Below, in pieces: positions 42,801 through 55,039 of a stretch of DNA of 64,000 nucleotides. The translations under genes and the position numbers were made by a program. Below the pieces are notes generated by a model. The model saw only the letters and a program-made list of their open reading frames with translations, was not told the origin of the DNA and searched no databases. The stretch comes from Kiritimatiellia bacterium. Its GTDB lineage: Bacteria > Verrucomicrobiota > Kiritimatiellia > RFP12 > JBMNHG01. The DNA lies in assembly GCA_050950285.1 (NCBI GenBank), contig JBMNHG010000003.1:554337-618336 (forward strand), in the 5' to 3' direction. Each line of letters begins with the position of its first letter. The first letter of the stretch is position 1.

Positions 42801-45192
42801 TGGTCGCGGCGCAGTCGGCGCCGAAGAGGTAGAGCGCGGCGTTTTTGCTGTTGCGGAGGGCGAGGTTCGCGAGGGAGCCGCGTTCGCCGGCGGCGTAGGC
42901 CACCACGGAATCCGCCGCGTTCCCGGCGTCGAGGATCGTCGTGTCCGGCGAGGCGCCCTCGATGTGGACGGCTCCGGGCTCGAGCGGGAAGGCTTCGCCG
43001 GTGGCGGAGGAGTAGGTGCCGGGAGCCAGGCGCACGGTGCCGTCCGCGAGCTTGGAGAGGGCGGCGGTGGCGGTGCGGAAGGGCATGCCGCCCGCAAGGC
43101 CCGTGGCGGTGGCGTCGTTGCCGTTCACGGCGTCGGCGTGGAGCGTGCCGTCGTGGCCGACGATCGTGAGGGTCAGGGACGGCGCCCCGGACTCGACGAA
43201 CGTTCCGGCGGAGAGGGAGAGGTCGACGGTGTTCACGCCGAACCCGCCGACGATGTGGAGCGCCCCCGGCGTGGCCGAGGTGTTCGTGGCGATGGTCGCG
43301 CCGCCCTGCCACGCGGCGGCGGAGGAGCCGTCTCCGGCGGTGACGCCCGTGGTGACCGTGATGGCGCTGGGGGTGACCGCCCCCGCGGCGGAAAGCGAGA
43401 CCGTGAGGTCGAGGGTGTCGCCCTCCTTGAGATAGAAGTGGCTGCCGCCGGTGGTCAGCGTGAGATCCGCGGCGATCACGTCGTAGAAGGCGGGGAGGAC
43501 GCCCTGCGAGGTGCCGGACTCGGCGATCGCGATGCGCAGCGTGCCGTCCGGGGCGTCGGAATTGACGGTGAACTGGAGGTTCGCGGAGGCGGAGCCATCC
43601 GCAAAGGAGAGCGTGGCGCTGCCGGTGATGCCGTCGGGGTAGGTGACGGCGGCCGTGACGGGGCCGGCGATGGAGGCTCCCGGGTCGATGGAGACGGGGA
43701 TCGTGATCGTCTGGCCGCGGATGGCGTATTTGAGGCCGGGGACGGGAACGAGGAAGGTGGGCGAGACGGCGGCGTGGAAGAGCGACTCGTAGCAGCCGTA
43801 GTCCGCAACGGCGGTGCCGTCGGCGTCGTTGTCGGCAACGCGGGCGTTGCCGTCGAGGTCGATGGCGCCGGCCACGGCCGCGGCGGCCGAGGCGTCGATG
43901 CCGGGCGAGTAGGGCAGGGGACGGGGGTCGAAGGCGTCGTCGTCATAGGCCACGGCGACGTTCCCGAGGGCGGGGTCTTCGGTGGAATAGGCCGAGTTCG
44001 CGTTGACGCCGACGCCGAGGGTGCAGTCGTGGACGATGGAGTCGAGGATGGTCAGGTTGTCGGCATAGGAGGTCCAGCCCACGCTTTGCTGGAGGTTGGG
44101 CACGCCGTCGAGGATGGAGTTGCGGATCTGGGTGACGGCGTTGCGCCCGGCGAAGCCGCCGCCGCCGCCGAGGATGGTGCAGTTCCAGATTTGGACGGCG
44201 ATGGCGTGGCCGCCGATCGTGTAGCCGGTGGTGTTGTTGTCCGCGAAGAGGGAGTTCGTGATGCGCACGAGGTTGGCGTTGTTCAGGCCGAAGAGCGAGC
44301 GGCCCCCGTTGCCGAGGAAGCGGCAGCGGTCGAAGGTGAAGTGGGTGGCGGATTTGCTGTTGTGGGCGCCGCGGGTCCAGAAGACGGAGCCGCCGAAGGC
44401 GTCGTGCTGCCCCCCGGTGCTTGTGATGGCGTTGTTGCGGAAGACCGTGTTGTTGACCTTCGCGTCCACCTTGCACCCGGTGCCTTCGACGATGTTGCCG
44501 AACTTCACGGTGTTGTCCGCGACGAGGCAGTCGTCCATGCGCACGGTGAAGAAGTCCGTCTGCGGCGTGCCGTAGTCCAGAATCATGGCGTCGCGGCTCA
44601 TGCTGGCGAACGCGCAGTCCTTGAAGACCATCGTGCAGGAGTAGCGCGCCCGGATGGCGCCCACGTTGAAGTTGGCGGGGTCGTTGTAGTTCCCTGTCCC
44701 GCTGGCGGCGGCGGATTGCGTGAAAAGCACGTTCGTGGCGGCGATGGAGGCGGTTTCCATCAGGACAAGCGCGTGCGACGTGTCGCGCAGCACGCAGTCT
44801 GCGACGGCAAAGGCGACTCCGCTGGAGACATCGAACAGGTTCGCCGCGGAGTTGCCGCCGGTGATGACGCGGGCGGTGCGGTCGGGGACGCCCCCGCCCG
44901 CGGACCAGCCGACGATCGAGAGGTTGGCGGTGACGGCGATGGGGAAGGTCTCGCCGGAGGCGATGTCGTACGAGCCCTCGCCCACGTGCACCGTTCCCCC
45001 CGCGCCTGCGGCGGCGACGGCCTTGGCAAGCGTGCGGTAGGGGCTTGCCGCGGAGCCGTCGCCCAGATCGCTCCCCGTGCCCGACACATAGACGTCCGCG
45101 GCCGAGGCCGTGAAGGCGGCGAGAGAAATCAGCGCGATGGAAGCAAGGAAAATGCGCTTTACGGAAACGGCGGGATTCGTCGATCGGTTCAT
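39854..45192 (-). pseudogene. Large secreted protein with three DUF1565/right-handed beta-helix modules, broken by two frameshifts (about 40550 and about 40075)
   Basis: GGAGG RBS; signal peptide; repeated YVS..GSD..GS...PY.T, DRCRFLGN and DLDG..R...D.GCYE motifs. The coding signal continues through three frames to GTMLILR*. Confidence 0.75.
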
Positions 45193-45461
45193 ACGGAGAC
45201 CTCCAGGATGTGACAGTACGGAAGCCGATGGAATCGCTTCCTGTAGACACTTGCGCGAATGCACGCAACATGCAGGCGCACGGTGTCATGCAGAGAATCA
45301 TATCATGTGGGATGTTCGTGGCACAAGTTAAACTTCGTGATTCCGAATTGCGCGCGCGGCAACCTCGAGATGCCCCTGGGGACCGCCGTGTCGCCGGCGT
45401 GTGACCCGATCGCCCCGATTGACGTCGAATCCCGATCCCGCCTGCCGGAGGGGGTGGCCTT

Positions 45462-45519
45462 CCTGGGGACCGCCGTCCCCGGCGGGCCGGATGGAGGGAC
45501 GGCCTCCGTGTCGTCCGGC
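45462..45519. repeat. REP-like intergenic repeat, copy 2 (partial extra copy at 45374-45400)
   Basis: Matches 7156-7213. Confidence 0.8.
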
Positions 45520-45573
45520 CTTCCAGCGGCACAATGACAATCCGCTTTCCCCGACGGGGGGCTTTGTGGCATC

Positions 45574-46770
45574 ATGACGCGCATGGCACGTTTTCGGTTG
45601 GCTCTGGTCCTGTTGTTGCTCGCGGGGTGCGGCGTCGCATCGGCGGGGGATGCCGCGCGCTTCCTTTTGGAGCATGCGCGCACGCGTGCGAGGTATGGCC
45701 CGTTCGAGGCGCGCGAGGGCGAGGTGGCGAAGATTGGCGGCGCGGACTACCGCATCGGCATCGAGGGGACCTCGCAGCTTGTCTTCGTGCCGCTCGCCGC
45801 GCCGGGACGCACATACGGGCCGCTCGATTTCGTGGCCGGGCGCATGGTGGAGATTGGCGACGCCTTCTACACGCTGGTGGATCCCGTGGATCCCGGCGCT
45901 GCGGCCTTCCCCGGGGGGACGGCGGCGGTGCGCCGGACTGGCACGGGCGACTCGCGGCCCCCGCCTGTCCCGCCGCCGGTGGTGTCGGAGGTGGACGCGC
46001 TGTCCGGTTCCTCCCGGACCGTTCCCAAGCGTCCCATGCTGCCGCCGCCCGATCCGGGGCTGCGGACCTGTCTCGGCGTCGAACCCTTCCATCGGATCCC
46101 CTACAAATGGAAGATTGGCGGGAAAGAGGCGAAGACCGCCGATCTCGACTTCTCCTCCATCGGGGCCAACTCCACCTGGAACGGGTGGACGCTCGATCTC
46201 GCCTTTCTTTTCGATGCAAAGGCCGGGGGGATCGTTCCCGACGGGCTTGCCTTGGGCGCGGCGTCCGTGGACGACGGATCCGGCTGGCGCATCGGCGGCG
46301 GCTACGAGCATCCGCTTCTCCGGGACGGCCCGTGGGAGGTCACGGGCGGCATCCGCCTGTACTACATGAGCCTGGACGTCGATCTTTCCAGTCGCACATT
46401 GGATGTGGATCCGTCCCTTGCGTCCACGAACGCCTTGGGCGAGGTCGTCGCGGGCGTGGCCGTGTACAAGGACTCGAAGGTTTCCACGACCTTCTCCGAA
46501 TGGGGGGTCTGGCTCGACTTCGGGGCGAGCTGGCGCTACGGGGAGTGGCTCTTCAAGGCGGGAATCTCCATCGCGCCGGCGACCGAAGCCACCTTGGACG
46601 CGGGACTTCCGGGGCCGGGCGACTTCACCTACTCCGTCGACCCCCGGCGGCGCCTGCCCCTCGAAGGATCCGTCGGCGTCGAGTGGGGACGCGGCCGCTG
46701 GCGGTACTTCGGCACGGCGGTCCTGGGATCCGACACCTCGTTGCGTCTCGGGGCCCTGTACGTCTTTTGA
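45574..46770 (+). CDS. Exported protein, probable outer-membrane beta-barrel C-terminal domain
   Basis: Signal peptide, Pro-rich linker, amphipathic strands, ends LRLGALYVF. Confidence 0.6.
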   Translation: MTRMARFRLALVLLLLAGCGVASAGDAARFLLEHARTRARYGPFEAREGEVAKIGGADYRIGIEGTSQLVFVPLAAPGRTYGPLDFVAGRMVEIGDAFYTLVDPVDPGAAAFPGGTAAVRRTGTGDSRPPPVPPPVVSEVDALSGSSRTVPKRPMLPPPDPGLRTCLGVEPFHRIPYKWKIGGKEAKTADLDFSSIGANSTWNGWTLDLAFLFDAKAGGIVPDGLALGAASVDDGSGWRIGGGYEHPLLRDGPWEVTGGIRLYYMSLDVDLSSRTLDVDPSLASTNALGEVVAGVAVYKDSKVSTTFSEWGVWLDFGASWRYGEWLFKAGISIAPATEATLDAGLPGPGDFTYSVDPRRRLPLEGSVGVEWGRGRWRYFGTAVLGSDTSLRLGALYVF

Positions 46771-46836
46771 GACGCTTCCGGGGGAGGGGGCCGAGGGCCC
46801 CCCGGTTTTCCGAGGGGGATTTTTGTCAATTCGTGC

Positions 46837-46866
46837 TTGCCAACCCCCCGGTCCCTCTGCTACATT
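46837..46866 (+). promoter_or_regulatory. Putative promoter of the str operon
   Basis: TTGCCA-18 nt-TACATT with extended TG. Confidence 0.5.
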
Positions 46867-46901
46867 CACACCCTTTTGTCAATTTGGAAGGATTGTCATT
46901 C

Positions 46902-47309
46902 ATGCCTACCATCAACCAACTCGTGCGCAAGGGGCGTTCGCCCCAGTCGCGGAAGAGCAAGTCGCCCGCGCTGAAGGGCTGCCCCCAGCGCCGCGGGGTC
47001 TGTCTGCTTGTAAAGACCCAGACGCCCAAGAAGCCGAACTCGGCCCTGCGCAAGGTGGCGCGCGTGCGCCTGACCACCGGCCACGAAGTGACGGCCTACA
47101 TCCCTGGCGAAGGCCACAATCTCCAGGAGCACAGCGTCGTGCTCGTCCGCGGGGGTCGCGTGTCCGACCTTCCGGGTGTCCGCTACCACGTCGTGCGCGG
47201 TACGCTGGACGCCCTGGGCGGAGCGGGTCCGAGCAACACCAACAAGCTCAACCGCAACCGCAGCCGTTCGAAATATGGCGTGAAGAAGGAAAAGAAAGCC
47301 GGCAAGTAA
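46902..47309 (+). CDS. rpsL: 30S protein S12
   Basis: [20 protein letters not shown]. Confidence 0.99.
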   Translation: MPTINQLVRKGRSPQSRKSKSPALKGCPQRRGVCLLVKTQTPKKPNSALRKVARVRLTTGHEVTAYIPGEGHNLQEHSVVLVRGGRVSDLPGVRYHVVRGTLDALGGAGPSNTNKLNRNRSRSKYGVKKEKKAGK

Positions 47310-47328
47310 AAGGCTTCAGAGGCGAATC

Positions 47329-47799
47329 ATGGGTAGAAGGCGCAATGCGACGAAGCGGGTTCTGAACCCCGATCCGAAATACAAGAGCGAGCTCGTGGAG
47401 CGCGTCGTGAACGGCGTGATGAAGCAGGGCCGCAAGACGACCGCGCAGCGTATCGTGTACGGCGCGATGGCCGAACTCGCCGAACAGACCGGCAAGGATC
47501 CGATCGAGGTCCTCGATGCCGCCATCAACAACATGAAGCCGAAGGTGGAGGTCAAGTCCCGTCGCGTGGGCGGCACGACCTACCAGGTGCCCGTGGAGAT
47601 CCGCCCGGCCCGCCAGCTCGCCCTGGCCCTCCGCTGGATGCTGCAGTACGCCTCCGGGCGCCGGGGCTCCGGCATGCCCAAGGCGGTGGCGCTCGAGCTT
47701 CTCGACGCCTACAACAACCAGGGCAACGTGATCAAGAAGCGCGACGAGACCCACAAGATGGCCCAGGCCAACCGGGCCTTCGCGCACTACGCCTGGTAG
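47329..47799 (+). CDS. rpsG: 30S protein S7
   Basis: SRRVGGTTYQVP, HKMAQANRAFAH. Confidence 0.99.
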   Translation: MGRRRNATKRVLNPDPKYKSELVERVVNGVMKQGRKTTAQRIVYGAMAELAEQTGKDPIEVLDAAINNMKPKVEVKSRRVGGTTYQVPVEIRPARQLALALRWMLQYASGRRGSGMPKAVALELLDAYNNQGNVIKKRDETHKMAQANRAFAHYAW

Positions 47800-47882
47800 G
47801 CCGGCGCACACCCCCTGCGCGGGTTCCCCCCTACAATTTACCTTAAGCGCCGCGACCGGCGGTGCCAAGCGAGTTTTTCCCC

Positions 47883-50009
47883 ATGGCCGACAGCAAGAGC
47901 AAGGACAGGAAGGCGGTCGGATCCGGCAACGGATCGGGCCTCCGCCCGGCTTCGTTGTCGGACGTGCGCAACATCGGGATCGTCGCGCACATCGACGCGG
48001 GCAAGACCACCACCTCGGAACGCATCCTCTTCCACGCCGGCCAGACGCATCGCCTGGGCAACGTGGACGAAGGCACGACCGTGACGGATTGGATGGCGCA
48101 GGAGCGCGAGCGCGGCATCACGATCACCAGCGCCGCCATCACCTGCTCCTGGCGCGGCGTGCAAATCAACATCATCGACACCCCCGGCCACGTCGATTTC
48201 ACCATCGAGGTGGAGCGGTCGCTCTACGTGCTGGATGGCGCCGTGTGCGTCTTCTGCGCGGTGGGCGGCGTGCAGCCGCAGACGGAGACCGTCTGGCACC
48301 AGGCCGACCGCTACCGCATCCCCCGCCTGGCGTTCGTGAACAAGATGGATCGCATGGGCGCGGACTTCCCCGCAGTGGTGGGGGAGATACGGGAGAAGTT
48401 CGGCGCGAACCCCGTCCCCATAGCCCTTCCGTGGGGGGCGGCGGAGTCCTTCCGCGGCGTGGTCGACCTGGTGGCGATGGAGGCATGCACCTTCGACCCG
48501 CAAGGATGCGGCGAATCCGCGATGAAGCGCGAGGCGGTCCCCGCCGTCCTGGCCTCTGCGGCGGCAACCGCCCGCGCCACCCTGTGCGAGGCCGTCGCCG
48601 AGGCCGACGAAGAGGCGCTGGCCGCCTACCTGGAAAATCCGGACCTTCCGCCGGAGCTGCTTCGCAAGGCCCTTCGCGCGGCCACCCTCGCCGGTTCGGT
48701 CGTTCCCGTGCTGTGCGGCACGTCGCTCCACAACAAGGGCGTGCAGCTGCTCTTGGACGCCATCGTGGACTACCTCCCTTCGCCCCTGGACCGCCCGCCG
48801 GTGAGCGGAGACGACCTCCGCGGCGGGCGGACGGAGCGCAAGGCGGAAGACGACGGCCCGCTGGCCGCGCTGGTCTTCAAGGTCTCCACCGATCCCTACG
48901 TGGGCCGCCTCTTCTTCGTGCGCGTCTACTCCGGCGTGCTCCGGAAGGGACAGAACGTCTACAACCTGCGCATCCGCCGCCGCGAGCGCGTGATGCGCCT
49001 CGTGCGGATCAGCGCCGACTCCCTGCAGGACGTCGAGGCGATCTACGCAGGCGATATCGGGGCGGTCGTGGGCTTCAAGGACGCGACCACCGGCGACACC
49101 CTCTGCGTGGAAAACCAGCCGGTGGCGCTGCAGCGGCTCACCACCCCGGACCCCGTGATGTTCATGGCCGTCGAGGCGCGTTCGCGCGCGGACAAGGACA
49201 AGCTTGCCGGCGCACTCGCCGCACTCGCCGCCGAAGACCCCACCTGCCAGACCCGCGAGGATCCCGAAAGCGGGCAGACCATTTTGAGCGGGATGGGCGA
49301 GTTGCACCTGGAGATCCTGGTCGACCGCCTGCGCCGCGAGTTCAACGTCGACGCCAAGGTCGGCAAGCCCATGGTCTCCTACGCCGAGACCGTTACCGGG
49401 ATGGGCTCCGGCGAAGCCACTTTCGACCGCGAGATCGCCGGGAAGCGCAACTATGCGCGGGTCGCCCTCGAAGTCACCCCCCTGCCTCGCGGGCAGGGAC
49501 GCCATGTCGATCTCTCCCCCGTGCGCGGCAAGCTGCTTCCGGAGTTCGAGAAGGCCGTGGAGATGGGAATCGACGATGGCATCCTCACCGGGATCCTGGC
49601 CCATTGCCCGATGACGGACCTGCAGGTGCGTGTGACCTGCGCCGAGGACCTGGAAGACGGGAGCGCCACCGAGGTGGCGTTCCGCAACGCGGCCGTGATG
49701 GCCTTCCGCGAAGGAGCGAAGGCCGCGGGACCGGAGCTGCTCGAGCCGATCATGGCGCTGGACATTGTGACGCCCCCCGAGCATGTGGGGGAGATCATGG
49801 GCGACCTCAACGGTCGTCGTGGAAACGTACGGGAGATGACCATGCGAGGCGACATGCAGATCGTCCGCGCCCGCGTGCCTCTCGCCGAATTGTTCGGCTA
49901 CGCCTCCGCCAGCAGGTCGCTGTCACGGGGACGGGCCAGTTACTCGATGGAGCCGGACCAATTCGCGGTCGTGCCGCGCAATGTCCGGGAGCACATACTG
50001 AACCAGTAG
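47883..50009 (+). CDS. fusA: Elongation factor G (divergent domain IV)
   Basis: [29 protein letters not shown]. Confidence 0.95.
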   Translation: MADSKSKDRKAVGSGNGSGLRPASLSDVRNIGIVAHIDAGKTTTSERILFHAGQTHRLGNVDEGTTVTDWMAQERERGITITSAAITCSWRGVQINIIDTPGHVDFTIEVERSLYVLDGAVCVFCAVGGVQPQTETVWHQADRYRIPRLAFVNKMDRMGADFPAVVGEIREKFGANPVPIALPWGAAESFRGVVDLVAMEACTFDPQGCGESAMKREAVPAVLASAAATARATLCEAVAEADEEALAAYLENPDLPPELLRKALRAATLAGSVVPVLCGTSLHNKGVQLLLDAIVDYLPSPLDRPPVSGDDLRGGRTERKAEDDGPLAALVFKVSTDPYVGRLFFVRVYSGVLRKGQNVYNLRIRRRERVMRLVRISADSLQDVEAIYAGDIGAVVGFKDATTGDTLCVENQPVALQRLTTPDPVMFMAVEARSRADKDKLAGALAALAAEDPTCQTREDPESGQTILSGMGELHLEILVDRLRREFNVDAKVGKPMVSYAETVTGMGSGEATFDREIAGKRNYARVALEVTPLPRGQGRHVDLSPVRGKLLPEFEKAVEMGIDDGILTGILAHCPMTDLQVRVTCAEDLEDGSATEVAFRNAAVMAFREGAKAAGPELLEPIMALDIVTPPEHVGEIMGDLNGRRGNVREMTMRGDMQIVRARVPLAELFGYASASRSLSRGRASYSMEPDQFAVVPRNVREHILNQ

Positions 50010-50018
50010 GACAGAAGC

Positions 50019-50327
50019 ATGCAAAGTCAGTGTATCCGCATTCGACTGCAGGCATACGACCACCGGGTCCTTGACCAGGCCGTGACGGACATCGTCGACA
50101 CGGCGCGCGGGACCGGTGCGCGCGTGGTGGGGCCGATTCCCATGCCCACGCGCATCGAACGCTGGACTGTGAACCGCAGCCCCCACGTCGACAAGAAATC
50201 CATGGACCAGTTCGAGATGCGCACCCACAAGCGCCTTCTCGAGATCGTAGGGCCCACCGCCAAGACGGTCGACGAGCTGAAGAAGCTCAATCTTCCCGCG
50301 GGCGTGGACATCGGCATCCGGATCTAG
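50019..50327 (+). CDS. rpsJ: 30S protein S10
   Basis: RSPHVDKKS; position in operon. Confidence 0.99.
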   Translation: MQSQCIRIRLQAYDHRVLDQAVTDIVDTARGTGARVVGPIPMPTRIERWTVNRSPHVDKKSMDQFEMRTHKRLLEIVGPTAKTVDELKKLNLPAGVDIGIRI

Positions 50328-50362
50328 GTGCCCTACGGGCGCCCCAACAAACGGGGAATACC

Positions 50363-51007
50363 ATGCAAGGTTTGATTGGAAGAAAAATTGGAATGACGCA
50401 GGTCTGGGACGACCAGGGGCGCCGCGTGGCGGTGACCGTGATCGAAGCCGGCCCGTGTCCCGTAGTCCAGGTCAAGACCCCCGCGCAGGACGGCTACTCC
50501 GCCGCGCAGGTCGGCTTCCTGGCCCAGAAGCCGCAGCGTCTCCCGAAGGCCGTTCGCGCCCGTTACGAGAAGGCCGGCGTGCCCCCCTGCCGCGAACTCC
50601 GCGAGCTCCCGGTGGCGGCGGACGAGTCCGTGAAGGTCGGCGACACCCTCACCGTGAAGCTGTTTGAAGGCGTGAGCCTCGTCGACGTGACCGCCACCAG
50701 CAAAGGTCGCGGCTTCGCCGGCGTCGTGCGGCGCTACCGCATGAGCGGCGGCGTGATGACCCACGGCGGGCACTCCAAGCGCCGCATCGGCGGCATCGGC
50801 GCCTGCGACCTGCCCGGCTGGGTGGAGAAAGGCAAGCGCATGCCCGGCCACATGGGCAACGTCCAGGTCACGACGCGCAACCTCGCCGTGGTCCAGGTCC
50901 GTCCGGACGACAATCTCCTGCTCGTCCGCGGCGCCGTCCCCGGCGCGAACGGCGGCATCGTGATCATCCGCAAGGCCCTGAAACTCCAGAACGCCAAGGC
51001 CCGGTAA
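50363..51007 (+). CDS. rplC: 50S protein L3
   Basis: GRKIGMTQ, KRMPGHMG. Confidence 0.99.
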   Translation: MQGLIGRKIGMTQVWDDQGRRVAVTVIEAGPCPVVQVKTPAQDGYSAAQVGFLAQKPQRLPKAVRARYEKAGVPPCRELRELPVAADESVKVGDTLTVKLFEGVSLVDVTATSKGRGFAGVVRRYRMSGGVMTHGGHSKRRIGGIGACDLPGWVEKGKRMPGHMGNVQVTTRNLAVVQVRPDDNLLLVRGAVPGANGGIVIIRKALKLQNAKAR

Positions 51008-51025
51008 GGGATCGACGAGGAAACC

Positions 51026-51670
51026 ATGAGCACCATCAAGAAATTTTCCATCTCCGGCGAGAGCGCGGGCGAACTCGAGTTCGACGCCTCCCTCCTGGTG
51101 CTGGACAAGGGCGCCCAGGCCGTGAAGGACACGCTGGACGCCCGCGCGGCCAACCAGCGCGCCGGCACCGCCTCGACCCTGGGCAAGGGCGAGGTCCGCG
51201 GCTCCAACAAGAAACTCTGGCGCCAGAAGGGAACCGGCAGGGCCCGCACGGGCCTCCGCCAGTCCCCCCTGTGGCGCGGCGGCGGCGTGGCCCACGGCCC
51301 GCGCCCGCGCGTCTACGCCCGCAAGATCAACAGGAAGGTCGCCCTCCTCGCCTTCCGCCGTGCGTTGTCCGAGCGCCTGAACGACGGCGGGCTCGTCGTG
51401 ATCGAATCCTTTGACCCGGCCGAGGCCAAGACCAAGCTCGTCGCCGCCGTCCTGGCGAAGATGGGCCTGGACAAGGGCACCTGCCTGATCGTGGACGAGC
51501 AGCCGAGCGACAAGCTCCTTCTGGCGGCGCGCAACCTTCCGAAGGTTGATGTTGCCAAGGCGGCCTCCGTTGATGTATACTGCTTGCTCCGTTTTCGCAC
51601 CGTGGTGGCCACGGAGGCAGGTTACAAGGCCCTGATCGCTCGACTGGCGAAACAGGAGGGCGAAGCATGA
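51026..51670 (+). CDS. rplD: 50S protein L4
   Basis: RQKGTGRAR. Confidence 0.99.
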   Translation: MSTIKKFSISGESAGELEFDASLLVLDKGAQAVKDTLDARAANQRAGTASTLGKGEVRGSNKKLWRQKGTGRARTGLRQSPLWRGGGVAHGPRPRVYARKINRKVALLAFRRALSERLNDGGLVVIESFDPAEAKTKLVAAVLAKMGLDKGTCLIVDEQPSDKLLLAARNLPKVDVAKAASVDVYCLLRFRTVVATEAGYKALIARLAKQEGEA

Positions 51671-51945
51671 AGCAGACGGATGTCATCCGCAGGGTCCTGG
51701 TGACCGAGAAGGGCACGGCGCTGGCCGAGCTCAACCAGTATATGCTGGAAGTGGCGCGCGGCGCCAGCAAGCCGCAGATCCGCCAGGCCGTCGAGGACCA
51801 GTTCGGGGTTCACGTGCTGGCGGTGAACACGCAGCGATACAAGGGCGAAACGCGCGTGCTGCGCGATCGCCGCAAGGTGCGCGACGGAGGCTGGAAGCGC
51901 GCCATCGTCACGCTCAAGGCGGGCGAACGCATTGATCTGATCTAG
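51667..51945 (+). CDS. rplW: 50S protein L23
   Basis: VTEK, WKRAIVTL. Confidence 0.97.
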   Translation: MKQTDVIRRVLVTEKGTALAELNQYMLEVARGASKPQIRQAVEDQFGVHVLAVNTQRYKGETRVLRDRRKVRDGGWKRAIVTLKAGERIDLI

Positions 51946-51963
51946 CGCAGGCAAGGTGATTGT

Positions 51964-52788
51964 ATGGGTTTGAAGAGTTATAAGCCGAGGTCCGACGGCA
52001 CGCGGTTCCGTGTGTCCTCGACCTTCGAAGACATCACGGAGGCACGCCCCAAGCGCAGCCTTACCGAGCCGCTGCCGGAGCATGCGGGCCGCAACAACGC
52101 CGGCCGCATCACGACCCGCCATCGCGGCGGCGGCGTGAAGCGGCGCTACCGCAAGGTGGATTTCCGCCGCGACAAGCTGGGCATCCCCGCCCGCGTCGCC
52201 GCCATCGCCTACGATCCGAACCGCTCCGCCAACCTCGCGCTCCTGAACTATGTGGACGGCGAAAAGCGCTACATCCTGGCCCCCGAAGGGCTGAAGGTGG
52301 GCGCGCTCGTGATGTCCGGTCCGGATGCCGAGCCGAGCGTGGGCAATGCGCTCCCCATCGACCGCATCCCGCTGGGCCTTCCGGTGCACAACATCGAGAT
52401 GGTTCCCGGCCGCGGCGGCATGCTCGTGCGTTCCGCAGGCCTCTCCGCCCAGATCATGGGCCGCGAGGGCGGGTACGCCACGATCAAGATGCCGTCCGGC
52501 GAAATCCGCCGCGTCCCGTCCGCCTGCATGGCGACGATCGGCGCCGTGGGCAACGCCGAATGGAGCGGCATCAAGCTCGGCAAGGCCGGCCGCAAGCGCC
52601 TGATGGGCATCCGCCCGACGGTCCGCGGCGTGGCCATGAACCCGGTGGACCACCCGATGGGCGGCGGCGAAGGCCGCACCTCCGGCGGCGGGGATCCCCG
52701 TTCGCCGTGGGGCCAGCTGGCGAAGGGCGGCAAGACGCGCAATCCTCGCAAGACCTCTTCGAAGTTTATTGTCAAGCGGAGAAAATAA
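51964..52788 (+). CDS. rplB: 50S protein L2
   Basis: [14 protein letters not shown]. Confidence 0.99.
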   Translation: MGLKSYKPRSDGTRFRVSSTFEDITEARPKRSLTEPLPEHAGRNNAGRITTRHRGGGVKRRYRKVDFRRDKLGIPARVAAIAYDPNRSANLALLNYVDGEKRYILAPEGLKVGALVMSGPDAEPSVGNALPIDRIPLGLPVHNIEMVPGRGGMLVRSAGLSAQIMGREGGYATIKMPSGEIRRVPSACMATIGAVGNAEWSGIKLGKAGRKRLMGIRPTVRGVAMNPVDHPMGGGEGRTSGGGDPRSPWGQLAKGGKTRNPRKTSSKFIVKRRK

Positions 52789-52791
52789 GCC

Positions 52792-53079
52792 ATGGCACGC
52801 TCGATCAAGAAGGGCCCCTACGTGGAGGCCAAGCTCCTCAAGAAGGTGGAGCAGATGAACGAGTCCGGGCGGAAACAGCCGATCAAGACCTGGTCGCGCC
52901 GCTCGATGATCTTGCCGGAATTCGTGGGTCTCACCTTCGCGATCCACAACGGCCGGCAGCACGTACCGATCTTTATCACGGAGAACATGGTGGGACACCG
53001 CCTGGGCGAATTCGCGCAGACGCGTACCTTCCGGTCTCATAGCAGCAGCGCCGACAAGGCGGCGCCCGGGCGTCGATAA
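52792..53079 (+). CDS. rpsS: 30S protein S19
   Basis: MVGHRLGEF. Confidence 0.99.
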   Translation: MARSIKKGPYVEAKLLKKVEQMNESGRKQPIKTWSRRSMILPEFVGLTFAIHNGRQHVPIFITENMVGHRLGEFAQTRTFRSHSSSADKAAPGRR

Positions 53080-53094
53080 CCGGAGCTTGTGGAA

Positions 53095-53433
53095 ATGGAA
53101 GTCAAAGCGATTACGCGCAATGTGCGCCTGTCGGCCAAGAAGGGCCGCCCGATCGCCCGAAAGGTGCAGGGGCTGCCCGTGGCCAAAGCTCTCGAAATCA
53201 CGGAATTCAGTCCGTGCAAGGCCGCGTTTCATCTCGGCAAAACGCTCAAGTCGGCCGTGGCGAACGCCCGCAACAACGCCGGTCTTGACGTGGATGGCAT
53301 GACAGTGAAGCTGGCGGTCTTCGACGAAGGCCAGCGTCTCCGTCGGTTCTGGCCGAGCGCCCGTGGCAGCGCCCTCCCGATCAAACGTCGTCTGTGCCAT
53401 GTGACCGTGGTTCTCACGGACGATCGCGCCTAG
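53095..53433 (+). CDS. rplV: 50S protein L22
   Basis: LKSAVANA; position in operon. Confidence 0.97.
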   Translation: MEVKAITRNVRLSAKKGRPIARKVQGLPVAKALEITEFSPCKAAFHLGKTLKSAVANARNNAGLDVDGMTVKLAVFDEGQRLRRFWPSARGSALPIKRRLCHVTVVLTDDRA

Positions 53434-53450
53434 GAAGGAACGGAACGGAT

Positions 53451-54128
53451 ATGGGACAGAAAGTCAATCCGATCGGATTTCGCATCGCCCTCGACAAGCA
53501 GTGGCGTTCGCGTTGGTTCAGCACCAAGAAGAACTTCGGCGGGCAATTGGCCGAAGACCTGATGATTCGTGAAACGGTCGAGAAGAAGCTCGAAGGCGCA
53601 GGCATCGCCAAGGTCGTGATCGAACGCTACGCCAACCGCGTCCGCGTGAACATCTTCAGCGCCCGCCCCGGCATCATCATCGGCCGCAAGGGGGCGGACA
53701 TCGAGAAGATCCGCGCCGAGCTCTCCAAGAAGACCGGCAAGGAAATCTACCCGGAGATCCACGAGGTTCGCGACCCCGACGCCAACGCCCAGTTGGTGGC
53801 CAAGGGCATCGCCGCCCAGATCGTCCGTCGCGTGGCCCTGAAGCGCGCCCTGAAGCGCGCCCAGAAGATCGCCATCGACCAGGGTGTCGACGGCATCAAG
53901 ATCCGCTGCTGCGGGCGCATCAACAACGCCGAGCTTTCCCGCGTCGAGTGGGGCATGGAGGGCAAGGTCCCCCTGCACACGCTGCGCGCCAACATCGATT
54001 ATGGTTTCGCGGAGGCCGACACCACCGCCGGAAAGATCGGCGTGAAGGTGTGGATCTGCAAGCGCGAGGACTTCCAGCCCGCGCGTACCGGCTCTTCGAG
54101 GAGGAAGAACAATGCCCCTAATGCCTAA
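53451..54128 (+). CDS. rpsC: 30S protein S3
   Basis: [19 protein letters not shown]. Confidence 0.99.
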   Translation: MGQKVNPIGFRIALDKQWRSRWFSTKKNFGGQLAEDLMIRETVEKKLEGAGIAKVVIERYANRVRVNIFSARPGIIIGRKGADIEKIRAELSKKTGKEIYPEIHEVRDPDANAQLVAKGIAAQIVRRVALKRALKRAQKIAIDQGVDGIKIRCCGRINNAELSRVEWGMEGKVPLHTLRANIDYGFAEADTTAGKIGVKVWICKREDFQPARTGSSRRKNNAPNA

Positions 54129-54525
54129 CAGGGTCAAGTACCGCAAGCAGTCGAAAGGCAATCGTGCGGGCTTTGCGACCTCCGGCGCCGAGCTGGCGTT
54201 CGGCGAATATGGCTTGAAGGCCCTGGAGCGCGGATGGCTCAAGAACACCCAGATCGAGGCGTGCCGCGTCGCGATCAACCGCTACATGAAGCGCAAGGGG
54301 AAGCTCTGGATCCGCGTGTTCCCGGACAAGCCCGTCACCAAGAAGCCCATCGAAGTCCGCATGGGCGGCGGCAAGGGCAACGTCGAGTACTGGGTGGCCG
54401 TCGTGCTTCCCGGGAAGATACTGTTTGAAGTCGCCGGCGTTCCGGATGCCGTGGCGCGCGAGTGCCTCCGTCTTGCCGACACGAAGTTGGGGATTCGGAC
54501 GAAGTTGGTCACGCGCGCCCGGTAA
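54112..54525 (+). CDS. rplP: 50S protein L16
   Basis: RMGGGKG. Confidence 0.99.
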   Translation: MPLMPNRVKYRKQSKGNRAGFATSGAELAFGEYGLKALERGWLKNTQIEACRVAINRYMKRKGKLWIRVFPDKPVTKKPIEVRMGGGKGNVEYWVAVVLPGKILFEVAGVPDAVARECLRLADTKLGIRTKLVTRAR

Positions 54526-54566
54526 CCGAGGCGCTCGCCGGCCTCGCCCGGCAGGAGCAATCCGAA

Positions 54567-54761
54567 ATGAAGGCAAGTGTAATTCGAGAACTGGGCGCCG
54601 AGGAGCTGGCGCAGAAGATCCGCGAGACCGAGGTGGAACTTCGTGACCTGCGGCTGAAGAACGCGGGGCACCTCGCGGAACACCCCTGTCGAATCCGCGG
54701 CTTGCGCCGCGACATCGCGCGCATGCGCACCATCCAGAACGAACGGGAGGCTGCGAAATAA
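54567..54761 (+). CDS. rpmC: 50S protein L29
   Basis: RRDIARMRT; position in operon. Confidence 0.95.
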   Translation: MKASVIRELGAEELAQKIRETEVELRDLRLKNAGHLAEHPCRIRGLRRDIARMRTIQNEREAAK

Positions 54762-54763
54762 CC

Positions 54764-55039
54764 ATGGCCGAAACCGAAGTCAAGAGCCGCGGCTCCCGAA
54801 AAGTCCGCACCGGAGTGGTCGTGCGCCGCAGTGGCGACAAGACCGTGCTCGTCAAGTCCGAACGCCGCAAGCCCCACCCGCTGTATGGCAAGGTTGTGAA
54901 GATCGAGAAGGCCTACCACGTCCACGACGAGGAAAACAGGGCCCAGGTGGGCGATCGGGTGACGATCGTCGAATGCCGCCCCCTCAGCCGTACGAAACGC
55001 TGGCGCCTCGCCCCCACGGAAGGAGAGCAGAAGGCATGA
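54764..55039 (+). CDS. rpsQ: 30S protein S17
   Basis: [17 protein letters not shown]. Confidence 0.98.
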   Translation: MAETEVKSRGSRKVRTGVVVRRSGDKTVLVKSERRKPHPLYGKVVKIEKAYHVHDEENRAQVGDRVTIVECRPLSRTKRWRLAPTEGEQKA

